A DNA stretch of 64,000 nucleotides from Chitinophagia bacterium. GTDB lineage: Bacteria; Bacteroidota; Bacteroidia; Chitinophagales; Chitinophagaceae. A program made the translations under genes and the position numbers. Shown here in pieces: positions 47,022-57,029 of this stretch (position 1 is its first letter; every line of letters starts with the position of its first letter). Below the pieces are notes generated by a model. The model was not told where the DNA came from. It made no database searches and saw only the letters and a list, made by a program, of their open reading frames with translations. Where the stretch lies: positions 2,694 to 66,693 of the forward strand of contig JBKCOY010000066.1 in assembly GCA_046309555.1 (NCBI GenBank). Reading direction: 5' to 3'.

Positions 47022-50000
47022 GGTTTACCTTTTTTTTCCGGGATATATACGTGTATAAGGCCGGTACAACAAATAAAGTAAGGATGAGGGCAAAGAGTAA
47101 TCCTCCAATGATCACAATTCCCAACGGAATCCTGCTCTTTCCGGCAGATCCGAGTGCCATGGCGATTGGCAAAGCACCCAGTGCAGTTGCCAGTGTTGTC
47201 ATAAGGATTGGCCTCAGCCTTGCCACAGAGGCCTCTAATACGGCGTCAAATTTTTGTAATCCTTGTTCTCTTTTCTGGTTTGCAAATTCTACGATCAGGA
47301 TACCATTTTTGGTAACCAGTCCGATCAGCATAATGATGCCAATTTGAGAGAAGATATTCAGCGATTGATCAAAAACATAAAGACTGATAACCGCACCGGC
47401 AAGAGCAAGGGGAACAGTGATCATGATGATAAAAGGATCAACAAAGCTTTCAAACTGTGCTGCAAGAATGAGGAATATCAACACCAATGCCAGTAAAAAT
47501 GCATTTTGTGTATTGGAAGAGCTTTCGGCAAAATCCCTGGATGTTCCGCTCAGGTTAGTGGAGAATGATTCGTCCAGCGTTTCCTTGGCAATCCTGTTCA
47601 TTTCCTTGATGCCGTCTCCAATGGTTTTGCCAGGTGCCAGACCTGCTGACACAATAGCACTCTTTAACCTGCTATAATGATAGATGGTTGGAGGGTTTGC
47701 AGCTTCACTGATCGTCACAAGATTATCCAATTGAATCAACTCACCGGCTCTGCTTCGAACATAGAATGATTTCAGATCAAGGGGTGCATCCCTGTCTTTT
47801 CGGTCTACCTGTCCGATTACCTCATATTGCTTTCCATTCCTGATAAAGTAACCGAATCGTCTGCCACTCAATGCCAATTGCAACGTATTCGAAATATCCA
47901 AAATGGAAATACCCAGTTCACTGGCTTTTAAGCGATCAATGGTCACCTGCAGTTCAGGTTTGTTGAATTTCAGGTTAACGTCGTTGCCCTGGAAGACGGG
48001 GCTCTTCACTACCTGATCAATGAAAAGAGGTACTTTTTCTTTTAGCTTGTCAAAATTCAGGTTTTGAACCACAAACTGAACGGGCAATTGTCCTCTGCCT
48101 GCCTGTCCTACTGATATGGTCTGTTCCTGTACCACCAGCACCCTGACATTGGTATAGTCCTTGAACATCTTGTTCAGACTTTGCGCAATTTCATTCTGAC
48201 TTCTTTTTCTTTCGCCGGCATCAACAAGACCCATACTGATCGAGGCAGCATTGGCACCGCCGCTACCGGAGAAATTCGGAGCAAAAGAGAGTACAACATA
48301 CCTTTCCGGAACTGAATCCATTATGGTTTGGGTCAATTCGTATACTACTTTGTCCATGTAGTCAAAGTCAGTTCCTTCTGGTGCCAGGATACTTGCCCTC
48401 AGCCTGTTTCTGTCCTCGAGAGGTGCAAGCTCTGAAGGTAATTTTTTACCGATGAAATATATGGCGGCACCACAGATGGCAACAATGACCAGTGCGATCC
48501 ATCTTTTTCTCATGAAGGCAGCCAAGATCCTCTGATATCCGGATTCCATTCCTCTGAAAAACGGTTCAGTCTTGGTATAGAACCAGGAATGTTTGTGAAC
48601 ATTCTTTTTGGTCAGGTAGATATTCAAAACTGGAGTGAGCGTAAGAGAAACGAATGCAGAGATCAATACGGCTCCTGCCACTACAATGCCAAATTCACGG
48701 AATAGCCGTCCAACAAATCCCTGCAAAAATATGATTGGCAGAAAAACGATTGCGAGGGTGAGGGATGTAGAGACAACTGCAAAGAAGATCTCTTTTGATC
48801 CTTCTTTTGCTGCCTTCCATTTATCCATTCCCTGTTCGATTTTCTTGTATATATTTTCCGTCACCACAATACCGTCATCCACCACAAGTCCCGTTGCAAG
48901 AACAAGAGAAAGCAAGGTGAGTACGTTGATGGAAAACCCAGCCAGATACATGATAAAGAAGGCACCTACCAGGGCCACAGGTATGTCAATCAATGGCCTG
49001 AAGGCGATGGACCATTCTCGGAAGAACAAATAAATGATGATCACCACCAGGAGGATTGCAATAAAGAGGGTCTCTTTGACCTCAGAAATGGCCTTGCGTA
49101 CAAAAAGAGACCTGTCGAAACCGATTTCCAGCATGATGTCCTGGGGTAGATCTTTTTTGATCTGTTCAAGTCTTTTATATACCTCATCGGCTATCTCCAC
49201 ATGATTTGAACCTGGTTGGGCTACAACAGCCAGGTTCACAGATCTAACGTTGTTTTTCCTGGTAACGGACTCTTCATTCTCCGGACCTATGATGGCATAT
49301 CCAATGTCTTTCAGTCGGATGATGTTTCCTTCGGTTTGTCTAACAATCAGGTTATTGAAATCTTCTTCGGTAGTCAGTTTTCCGTAGGCTTTTACTGTAA
49401 GTTCTGTTACATCACCCCTTACTTTACCTCCAGGTAATTCCACATTTTCGCGATCAAGTGCAACCTTGACATCCTGGATGGTCATTCTGTAAGCAGAGAG
49501 TTTAACCGGATCAAACCAGATCCTCATGGCTGGTCTTTGCCCGAAAATATTTACACCACTTACTCCCGAGATGGTTTGAAGTCTTTCCTGAATAATATTT
49601 TCCGCAAGATCACTCAGCTCCAGGAGTGATCTCTTGTTGCTTTGCATCTGCATGAAAATGATCGGATCGGAATCAGAATCTTGCTTGGCAACAGTAGGGG
49701 GGGCGTCTATATCCTGCGGCAACCTGCCAGCCACCTGTGATACTTTTTCCCTCACATCATTGGCAGCCCTTTCAAGATCAACACCCAGTTCAAATTCTAC
49801 TGTAATGTTACTGCTTCCCTGAGAGCTGGAGGAAGTGATGTACTTGACACCTTCCACACCATTGACAGCCTTTTCTAGGGGTTCTGTGATCTGCTGTTCG
49901 ATGATTTCGGCATTGGCTCCAACGTACGATGTTCTCACATTCACTACAGGTGGATCAATCGCGGGATATTCCCTAACTCCCAGGAAACTATACCCGATGA

Positions 50001-50076
50001 ATCCGAATATGATGATCACGATACTGCAAACAACTGCAAATACCGGTCTTTTTATGCTGATTTCTGAAAGATTCAT
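47011..50076 (-). CDS. RND efflux permease
   Basis: SIKRPVFA, GLVVDDGIVVTENI, GLVTKNGILIVEF, RLRPILMTT. Confidence 0.95.
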   Translation of the reverse strand: MNLSEISIKRPVFAVVCSIVIIIFGFIGYSFLGVREYPAIDPPVVNVRTSYVGANAEIIEQQITEPLEKAVNGVEGVKYITSSSSQGSSNITVEFELGVDLERAANDVREKVSQVAGRLPQDIDAPPTVAKQDSDSDPIIFMQMQSNKRSLLELSDLAENIIQERLQTISGVSGVNIFGQRPAMRIWFDPVKLSAYRMTIQDVKVALDRENVELPGGKVRGDVTELTVKAYGKLTTEEDFNNLIVRQTEGNIIRLKDIGYAIIGPENEESVTRKNNVRSVNLAVVAQPGSNHVEIADEVYKRLEQIKKDLPQDIMLEIGFDRSLFVRKAISEVKETLFIAILLVVIIIYLFFREWSIAFRPLIDIPVALVGAFFIMYLAGFSINVLTLLSLVLATGLVVDDGIVVTENIYKKIEQGMDKWKAAKEGSKEIFFAVVSTSLTLAIVFLPIIFLQGFVGRLFREFGIVVAGAVLISAFVSLTLTPVLNIYLTKKNVHKHSWFYTKTEPFFRGMESGYQRILAAFMRKRWIALVIVAICGAAIYFIGKKLPSELAPLEDRNRLRASILAPEGTDFDYMDKVVYELTQTIMDSVPERYVVLSFAPNFSGSGGANAASISMGLVDAGERKRSQNEIAQSLNKMFKDYTNVRVLVVQEQTISVGQAGRGQLPVQFVVQNLNFDKLKEKVPLFIDQVVKSPVFQGNDVNLKFNKPELQVTIDRLKASELGISILDISNTLQLALSGRRFGYFIRNGKQYEVIGQVDRKDRDAPLDLKSFYVRSRAGELIQLDNLVTISEAANPPTIYHYSRLKSAIVSAGLAPGKTIGDGIKEMNRIAKETLDESFSTNLSGTSRDFAESSSNTQNAFLLALVLIFLILAAQFESFVDPFIIMITVPLALAGAVISLYVFDQSLNIFSQIGIIMLIGLVTKNGILIVEFANQKREQGLQKFDAVLEASVARLRPILMTTLATALGALPIAMALGSAGKSRIPLGIVIIGGLLFALILTLFVVPALYTYISRKKKVNHEI

Positions 50077-50097
50077 GAGACCTCTGTTTGTGGTTGA

Positions 50098-51135
50098 CTA
50101 TTGGAGCTTGGAAATTTTCAATTTGGAATCTTTCCTGATGAAAAGTAGACCGGTTGTGATCACGGTATCACCAGTTGCGATGCCACTTGTTATCTGGATG
50201 GTTTCAGCACCCCGAATGCCTGTTGTTACGGTTGTAAATTCAGGTTTACCATCACGGAAAAGCACAACCTGCTTGGTTCTCGCATTTGGAATGATACATT
50301 GTGTAGGAACGATAACAGCAGTATCATTCTGTGATAATGTTAGGTTTACTTTTGCAAATGTACCAGGTACAAGCTTTTGTGACACATCGTTGATTGTTGC
50401 CAGTACTTTCAGGTTCCGTGTATTGGATTCCACCACGCTTTCAGAAGCAAGGATGATTCCATTTTCTTGATTTTGAATTCCCTCTATCATGAAGCTGATC
50501 TTCATGCCGGGCTTGATATCGCTGCTGTATTTCTCAGGAACACTGAAACTGATTTTCTTTTTATCAAGCTGGCTAATGCTGGTGATGATAGTGGCAGGAG
50601 TGATATAAGCACCCGGACTAATGCTTCTCAATCCCATTCTGCCGGAATAAGGAGCCCTGATCTCAGTTTTACCAATATTTACCTGCGTAAGTTCTATATC
50701 TGCTTTGATGTTGTTTACCTGAAGCAGACTGAGGTCATAATCCTGCTGACTTATACCATTGATTTTCAGCAATTCCCGCTGACGCTCTTCGGTTTTTTCT
50801 GCAATCATCAGCTGGACCTGTAATTTTTTCATCTGCGCCTGTAAGTCGCCGTCAAAAATCTTAACAAGTAGTGCATTTTTCTGTACAAAGCCTCCTTCGG
50901 TAAAATTGATCTGGATGATTCTGCCTGATATTTCAGGTCTGATCTCTGTCAGTTCAAATGGCAATATGCTACCGGCCACTTCAATACCTTCGGAAAGGGT
51001 TGTAGACGTTACAACTATTCCTTCAACGGAGAGGGGGCCCATCTTTGTTACATCGGTCGTTTTTTTGGTCTCTTTTTTTTCATTGCAGCCGATAAACAGC
51101 ACAAGCAAGAGGGCAGCAGGGAAGATTCTTTTCAT
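50098..51135 (-). CDS. RND efflux periplasmic adaptor (membrane fusion lipoprotein)
   Basis: Lipobox FIGC, IRPEISGRI, IRAPYSG, LVPGTFA. Confidence 0.92.
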   Translation of the reverse strand: MKRIFPAALLLVLFIGCNEKKETKKTTDVTKMGPLSVEGIVVTSTTLSEGIEVAGSILPFELTEIRPEISGRIIQINFTEGGFVQKNALLVKIFDGDLQAQMKKLQVQLMIAEKTEERQRELLKINGISQQDYDLSLLQVNNIKADIELTQVNIGKTEIRAPYSGRMGLRSISPGAYITPATIITSISQLDKKKISFSVPEKYSSDIKPGMKISFMIEGIQNQENGIILASESVVESNTRNLKVLATINDVSQKLVPGTFAKVNLTLSQNDTAVIVPTQCIIPNARTKQVVLFRDGKPEFTTVTTGIRGAETIQITSGIATGDTVITTGLLFIRKDSKLKISKLQ

Positions 51136-51218
51136 AATGACGAAACTAAATGGAATTTATTTATAAAAGCTACTGAATTTGATGCTTTTATGAACATAAA
51201 CCTGCTTACTTTTTCACC

Positions 51219-52076
51219 TCAAATCTGGTTATTGGCTATTTTTCTTATCTGATCCTGTTTCCAGCTGCCAATCGGAAGGGTTTTGGCATATTCGAGCAAC
51301 CATTTTCGAATAAAATCGGAGGAAGAGGCTATGGTTATGTTTTCCACCGGGGCATGATGGCCTATTTTTTTATAGTAATTTTCAATATCCCGGAAGGTAT
51401 ATACCTGACCGCTTGAGGGGTCTAGAAAAAAAAGAATTGAATTCCCATTGCTGAGGGACAAAAAAGAAGAATCGTCGACATAACACAATAGGTTTTGCTT
51501 GTGTATGTCTACAGGATGTAGACCCAAACCCAGCATTTCACTCATAATCAGGTAAAGTGACGAAAAAGGAAAAGAATTGCCAGTTTTAAACTGAATCAGA
51601 GACCCCAGACTGAAGGGTTCTGCTTTCAAATAATTCAACTCGGTACCGGTCAATTTAAAGTGGTCGAAAATGATTTTATTAAAAATATTGATAACCTCAA
51701 GCGGTGTGAGAAATTCATTCAGTTCCAGCCAGATGCTTTTACGCATTTTTTCAAGCTCTCTGAATAGTTGATCCTTATTGGATTCACGTTGTATCAGGTT
51801 GTTAACGATGAATGATCCATCCAGGAAATTTTTTTCTTCATTTTCCTTCCATTCGTTCAGCGAATCAGTTAGAGAGCGGATCGCAATGTTGTCAATGATA
51901 AGTCCTAGCCTGTTTTTTTTGAAGGGATCTTCGGCATATTCATGCTGATCCATGAGCATCGGAACCACATGATCACCATACTGTGCAAATCTGTCGGAAA
52001 CCGATTGAAAAATAATCTCATCAGGGTCATCGATCAACTGAAGCAAAGCATTGATTTCATTCGATAACTCACTCAT
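51219..52076 (-). CDS. SirB1/transglutaminase-like domain protein
   Basis: LIDDPDE, IWLELNEFLTPLE, GNSFPFSSLY, FLDPSSG. Confidence 0.65.
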   Translation of the reverse strand: MSELSNEINALLQLIDDPDEIIFQSVSDRFAQYGDHVVPMLMDQHEYAEDPFKKNRLGLIIDNIAIRSLTDSLNEWKENEEKNFLDGSFIVNNLIQRESNKDQLFRELEKMRKSIWLELNEFLTPLEVINIFNKIIFDHFKLTGTELNYLKAEPFSLGSLIQFKTGNSFPFSSLYLIMSEMLGLGLHPVDIHKQNLLCYVDDSSFLSLSNGNSILFFLDPSSGQVYTFRDIENYYKKIGHHAPVENITIASSSDFIRKWLLEYAKTLPIGSWKQDQIRKIANNQI

Positions 52077-52085
52077 GCCGTATAA

Positions 52086-54434
52086 TTATGCCTTTTTTTT
52101 CGGAGCTCTTCTTTTGCCTTTAGAGGGATTTGCGATTGCATGTTCAATCATTGATTGAACCTCTTCGATGGTAAGGTTTTGAACCTCTTCCTGACGTTCT
52201 TTCGGAATTGGAAAATTTCTCAATCCTTTTTTGATGTAAGGTCCATAGGGCCCTTTCAACAGCTGAATCTTTTCCTTTTCAAAAACCTTGATCGTCCTTT
52301 CATCTTTGGCTTTTCTCTTCTCGATGATCATCGGAATGGCAGCATCCAGTGTGATCTCGTATGGATCAAACTCTTTGCTCAATGAATAGAACTTTTTATC
52401 ATGGGCAATATAGGGGCCAAATCTGCCAATGTTAACCTGCACCTGTTCGTTTTCGAATTCGCCCAGTATCCTGGGAAGTTTGAAGAGTTCCATGGCCTCC
52501 TCAAATTTGATGGTCTCAATGCTTTGGTCGGTCTTCAGTTTGGCAAATCGCGGTTTCTCTTCATCATTGGTATCGCCTATCTGAACCATTGGGCCATATC
52601 TGCCCATTCTCGCAATAACTTTTTTCCCTGATACAGCATCGTAGCCCAGCTCTCTTTCTCCACTGATCCTGGTTGCATTTTCCATGGTATTGTCCACATC
52701 CTTTTTGAATGGGGCATAGAAGTCTTTTAGCATTTTACTCCAGTTCACATCACCATCGGCTATGCTGTCAAATTCATTTTCGATCTTGGCAGTAAATCCA
52801 TAATCCATCACATGATCGAAGTACTGGATCAGGAAATCTGTAACCACAGCACCCAGATCCGTCGGAAATAATTTTGATTTTTCTGCACCTGTATTTTCCT
52901 GTTCAATTGACTTTGAAATCTTTCCATTGTTTAGGGTAAGAATCCTGAAATCTCTTTTGATTCCTTCCTTATCGCGCTTTTCCACATAACCCCTTTTGAG
53001 AATGGTGGATATGGTAGGGGCGTACGTTGAAGGTCTTCCGATTCCGAGCTCTTCCAGTTTCTTAACAAGTGATGCTTCAGTATATCTGGATTGTGGCCTT
53101 GTGAAACGTTCTGTGGCCTTCATTTCAACCAGATTCAGGTTTTGGCCTTTTTCGAGCGGAGGTAACATCCCTTCAGTATCTTTCTCTTCATTTTCATCTT
53201 CCTCATCAGTGCTTTCATTGTATACTTTCAGAAACCCTTCAAACTTCATCACTTCACCTTCTGCTTTCAAGCTTTCCTGCTGGGTTGAGATAGAAATATC
53301 TGCAATGGTTTTCTCCAATTCTGCATCGGCCATCTGTGAGGCCATCGTTCTCTTCCAGATCAGGTCATACAGCCGCTGCGCATCTACAATGTCTACATTG
53401 TTTTTGTCCATGTAAGTTGGACGAATGGCTTCATGGGCCTCCTGGGCGGATTCATTTTTATTCTTGAATTTTCTGATCTGGAGAAAATTCTTTCCGTAAG
53501 AATCAGAGATCTGTCTGGAAATATCCTGTACGGCAGTTTCGCTGAGGCTCACACTGTCTGTACGCATGTAGGTGATATGGCCTGCTTCATAAAGCTTCTG
53601 TGCCAATAACATTGTTTTACTCACTCCGTATCCCAGCTTCCTGCTCGCTTCCTGTTGCAGGGTAGAGGTAGTGAAAGGTGGCGCAGGAGATTTTTTGGCA
53701 GGTTTCTTCTGGATATCATCCACACGGTATGAAGCATCGACACAACCGTTCAAAAAAGTTTCCGCATCCTGTTGTGTGTTTTTCTTTGCTCCTTCTGCTT
53801 TGAAAACTACTTTTTTACCGTTGATGTCTTTCGCATCAAAAAAAGCCTCTATTCTGAAACTTGAAGTAGCACTGAAGTTGTTGATTGATCTTTCCCGCTC
53901 AACAATTAATCTTACTGCAACACTTTGTACCCTTCCGGCACTCAGATTTCCCCTCATGCTCATTTTTCTCCACAGAATGGGGGAGATCTCAAACCCAACT
54001 ATCCTGTCGAGTATTCTTCTTGCTTGCTGTGCATTGACCAGGTTCATGTTGACCGTCCTGGGTTTTTCAACTGCAGATATGATGGCAGGTTTTGTGATTT
54101 CATGGAAAACGATCCTTTTTGTTGACACTGGATCGAGTCCGAGCACCTCACACAAATGCCAGCTAATGGCTTCACCTTCACGGTCCTCATCCGTTGCCAG
54201 CCATACTTCTTCAGATTTTTTAGCCAGCTGCCTGAGTTCTTTCACCACTTTTTCTTTCTCCTCGGGAACGATATACCTGGGTTTGAATCCCTTATTAATA
54301 TCAATGCCCATATCGTCTTTCTCAAGGTCACGGATATGGCCATAACAGCTTTTTACCTCAAAATCAGACCCAAGGATCTTCTCGATGGTTTTGGCTTTGG
54401 CGGGGGACTCAACGATCAATAGATTTTTTGCCAT
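52086..54434 (-). CDS. topA: DNA topoisomerase I
   Basis: IVESPAKAKTI, LATDEDREGEAI, AGRVQS, HITYMRTDS, EAHEAIRPT, GIGRPSTYA. Confidence 0.97.
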   Translation of the reverse strand: MAKNLLIVESPAKAKTIEKILGSDFEVKSCYGHIRDLEKDDMGIDINKGFKPRYIVPEEKEKVVKELRQLAKKSEEVWLATDEDREGEAISWHLCEVLGLDPVSTKRIVFHEITKPAIISAVEKPRTVNMNLVNAQQARRILDRIVGFEISPILWRKMSMRGNLSAGRVQSVAVRLIVERERSINNFSATSSFRIEAFFDAKDINGKKVVFKAEGAKKNTQQDAETFLNGCVDASYRVDDIQKKPAKKSPAPPFTTSTLQQEASRKLGYGVSKTMLLAQKLYEAGHITYMRTDSVSLSETAVQDISRQISDSYGKNFLQIRKFKNKNESAQEAHEAIRPTYMDKNNVDIVDAQRLYDLIWKRTMASQMADAELEKTIADISISTQQESLKAEGEVMKFEGFLKVYNESTDEEDENEEKDTEGMLPPLEKGQNLNLVEMKATERFTRPQSRYTEASLVKKLEELGIGRPSTYAPTISTILKRGYVEKRDKEGIKRDFRILTLNNGKISKSIEQENTGAEKSKLFPTDLGAVVTDFLIQYFDHVMDYGFTAKIENEFDSIADGDVNWSKMLKDFYAPFKKDVDNTMENATRISGERELGYDAVSGKKVIARMGRYGPMVQIGDTNDEEKPRFAKLKTDQSIETIKFEEAMELFKLPRILGEFENEQVQVNIGRFGPYIAHDKKFYSLSKEFDPYEITLDAAIPMIIEKRKAKDERTIKVFEKEKIQLLKGPYGPYIKKGLRNFPIPKERQEEVQNLTIEEVQSMIEHAIANPSKGKRRAPKKKA

Positions 54435-54535
54435 TTGTTCTTACTCTTCTTGGGTTTTCTGCATATTATTTATCGAATCAGAACCAAATTTTCAGTTTAA
54501 ATTTTCGACAAATCGATGCAATAATAAGGTAAAGC

Positions 54536-54651
54536 ATCTGATTTTTTTCATTCAACATGACAAAAGGAAACATTTTGGTGTTCAGCGGAAAGGTAAAATC
54601 CTCTGCTAATTAATGTATTTTCCACCTTGTTTTCTGTGAAAAAAATCAGAT
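54536..54651. repeat. Nested imperfect inverted repeat (15-bp perfect terminal arms), candidate structured RNA or cruciform
   Basis: atctgatttttttca (54536-54550) / tgaaaaaaatcagat (54637-54651), plus several internal helices. Confidence 0.6.
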
Positions 54652-55500
54652 TGAAAGATCCTCAAAAAAGTCAATAACCTTTTTTTGAACTTTATTTTCT
54701 TTATAAATTTTTCGGTGCCCTAAACCCTGGGTGATCATAAATTCAACATTATGCGGATTGGTATCGATCAGTGGAATTACATCAGCTAGGGGAGTGATGT
54801 CATCATCTTCGTCGTGTATCCATAAAACAGGGTTATTGACCATGGGAATGATTCGCTTGATAGAATAATGTGTTGAGCGAACACCTGCAGCCTTAAAAAT
54901 GATATTATCCATTTCTTCTCTTATTGCATCTCCAAGTCTGAAGAAATCACAAAATTTCTGAAGTGCTGTAGACGTTTCAGTAGCCGGTGCGATCAATACC
55001 AAACGGGCATTGGGGTTGTTGTTCTTTTCCTGATGTAGGGCTACTGAAATACCTCCGAATGAATGGCAGATGAACCCATCAAACTTTCCTACTGTGGCTT
55101 CCAGTACTTTTATCATGTCTGCAGTTTCAGGTGCTGTTATGGTTTTGCCTTCACTTTGTCCGTGTGCCTTTGCATCCATGGCAAATACCGCATATCCCTT
55201 TTTCATCAATGGGGATATGTATCTGTCGAAATTATAAGCCCTTGATTCAAATCCGTGAACGATCAAGACCTTTGATTTTGCATTTTCATTCCATTTATGT
55301 CCAATTAACTTGAAACCATTGACCTGGATACTGAATTCTGTAGATTTTTTAAAAATCGGTGGTGCTACTGGTCTGGGTTTGCGAAAAGGGGTACAAAAAA
55401 TGTCAAAAGCCATTTGGGCAGCCTTTCTTTTAGAAAATGCCGCTACAAAATGAATCTTAACTCTCAATAGAAAAATAACGACCTGTTGTGCCTTCTTCAT
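54646..55500 (-). CDS. Alpha/beta hydrolase
   Basis: LIVHGFES, DAKAHG.SEG, nucleophile ICHSFGG, IHDEDD, GLGHRKI; ATG 55500 preferred. Confidence 0.88.
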   Translation of the reverse strand: MKKAQQVVIFLLRVKIHFVAAFSKRKAAQMAFDIFCTPFRKPRPVAPPIFKKSTEFSIQVNGFKLIGHKWNENAKSKVLIVHGFESRAYNFDRYISPLMKKGYAVFAMDAKAHGQSEGKTITAPETADMIKVLEATVGKFDGFICHSFGGISVALHQEKNNNPNARLVLIAPATETSTALQKFCDFFRLGDAIREEMDNIIFKAAGVRSTHYSIKRIIPMVNNPVLWIHDEDDDITPLADVIPLIDTNPHNVEFMITQGLGHRKIYKENKVQKKVIDFFEDLSI

Positions 55501-55512
55501 AAAATTAGGTTG

Positions 55513-55520
55513 CAAAGATA
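55513..55520 (-). promoter_or_regulatory. -7 promoter element TATCTTTG(CA) for the hydrolase
   Basis: caaagata on + strand. Confidence 0.5.
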
Positions 55521-55562
55521 GTCCTCAACTTTGCAAATGAATTGATATTTATCGCTTTCGCA

Positions 55563-55570
55563 TAACTTTG
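55563..55570 (+). promoter_or_regulatory. -7 promoter element TAACTTTG for kdsC-ubiA-like-maf
   Basis: TAnnTTTG match 8 nt before the ATG. Confidence 0.5.
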
Positions 55571-55578
55571 TTCCATAC

Positions 55579-56094
55579 ATGATAGAAAGATTTCTGAACA
55601 TAGGATTGGTGATCATGGATCTGGATGGCGTCCTGACCAATGGTAAATTACTGATCCATCCCGATGGGAAATGGGTTCGTGAAATGGACATTAAAGATGG
55701 CTATGCCATACAATTTGCTGTAAAGTCAGGTTTACATCTTGCAGTGGTCACCGGTTCATCTTCCACTCCTGTAAAAGAAAGAATGGCAGCTTTGGGTGTT
55801 GATCATTTCTATGAAAATCAAAAAGAAAAATCTGTCATCGTTCAGGATTTGATGAGAAAACTTGGACTTTCTGCCGAGCAAACACTTTTTGTTGGTGATG
55901 ATATACCTGATCTAGATGCTTTCAGGGTTGTAGGTTTAAAGGCTTGTCCAATTGACGCAGCTCAGGAACTGAAAAATGCAGCAGATTATATTTCCCCTTA
56001 CCAGGGTGGTAATGGATGTGTGAGGGATATTCTGGAAAAGATTCTTCGTGTTCAGGGTAAATGGGCCACCCAAAGTAATATCTCCAGCATATGA
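55579..56094 (+). CDS. kdsC: KdsC-family HAD phosphatase (KDO-8-phosphate phosphatase-like)
   Basis: DLDGVLTNG, DIKDGYAI, FVGDDIPD, GGNGCVRD. Confidence 0.85.
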   Translation: MIERFLNIGLVIMDLDGVLTNGKLLIHPDGKWVREMDIKDGYAIQFAVKSGLHLAVVTGSSSTPVKERMAALGVDHFYENQKEKSVIVQDLMRKLGLSAEQTLFVGDDIPDLDAFRVVGLKACPIDAAQELKNAADYISPYQGGNGCVRDILEKILRVQGKWATQSNISSI

Positions 56095-57029
56095 AAACAA
56101 TCACGCGTGTGAGGGGATTTATGCAGCTGGTAAGATACCCGAATCTGCTGTTCATTCTGCTGACCCAGGTTTTGTTTTATTTTTCGATTATCGTTCCTGT
56201 TACGGGTGGTGATCCCAAGCTGTCCGCTGATAATTTTATTTTACTGGTGCTGGCTTCTGTAGCCATTGCAGCGGCAGGTTATATCATCAATGACTATTTT
56301 GACATGGACATTGATTATGTAAACAAGCCCGAACGGATGGTAATCGGTAAAATTGTGAGCAGACGATGGGCGATGTTGTTGCACATGCTTCTCTCACTAG
56401 TCGGGCTTTTTCTTACCGCCATTGTTTCCATGAGGCTGGGAAGTTTGTGGCTGCTTTTCCTGAACTTTTTAAGTGTTTTTCTCCTCTTATTGTACTCAAC
56501 AACGTTCAAAAAGCAATTCATAGTTGGAAACATCATCATATCCCTGCTAACGGCCTGGGTGATCATGTCTTTATTTGTTGCTGAATTACAATGGAATGAT
56601 CCTGAATACACAACGGTGCGCTATTCAACACTTTCCACTTTGTATAAATATACCCTTGTGTATGCAGCATTTGCCTTTGTTGTTTCTCTCATCAGGGAAG
56701 TGGTAAAGGATATGGAAGATCAGGTGGGCGACAGGAAGTATGGCTGTACAACTATGCCCATAAAATGGGGAGAGGTAATGACAAAGAATTTTATTTTTAT
56801 CTGGGTCTTTTTGCTGATTGCTTTCCTGATTTCCCTCACAGTCTATGCCTTTATGAACAACTGGTCTTGGGTTGCAGCATTATTTGCTTTGCTCATTTTC
56901 ATTCAGGTGATCATGATCGCTGCAAAAATCAAAAAGGCTTCACAGATTCAGGATTATGCAATCATCAGCCGTGATCTTAAGCTATTGATGCTTTCCGGTA
57001 TTCTCTCAATGATATCATACCAATTGTAA
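56091..57029 (+). CDS. UbiA-superfamily prenyltransferase (DGGGP synthase-like)
   Basis: AAAGYIINDYFDMDID.VNKP.R and REVVKDMED..GD aspartate-rich motifs, multiple TM helices. Confidence 0.85.
   Translation: MKTITRVRGFMQLVRYPNLLFILLTQVLFYFSIIVPVTGGDPKLSADNFILLVLASVAIAAAGYIINDYFDMDIDYVNKPERMVIGKIVSRRWAMLLHMLLSLVGLFLTAIVSMRLGSLWLLFLNFLSVFLLLLYSTTFKKQFIVGNIIISLLTAWVIMSLFVAELQWNDPEYTTVRYSTLSTLYKYTLVYAAFAFVVSLIREVVKDMEDQVGDRKYGCTTMPIKWGEVMTKNFIFIWVFLLIAFLISLTVYAFMNNWSWVAALFALLIFIQVIMIAAKIKKASQIQDYAIISRDLKLLMLSGILSMISYQL

Noticed and set aside
49835-50470. 211-aa + strand ORF and other long ORFs opposite the RND genes
   Set aside because: Antisense shadows of strongly supported efflux genes.
53671-54345. 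224-aa + strand ORF
   Set aside because: Antisense shadow of topA with no recognisable motifs.
55510-55536. Inverted repeat ttgcaaag-N11-ctttgcaa
   Set aside because: Largely explained by promoter-like TTTGCA motifs in a divergent promoter region.
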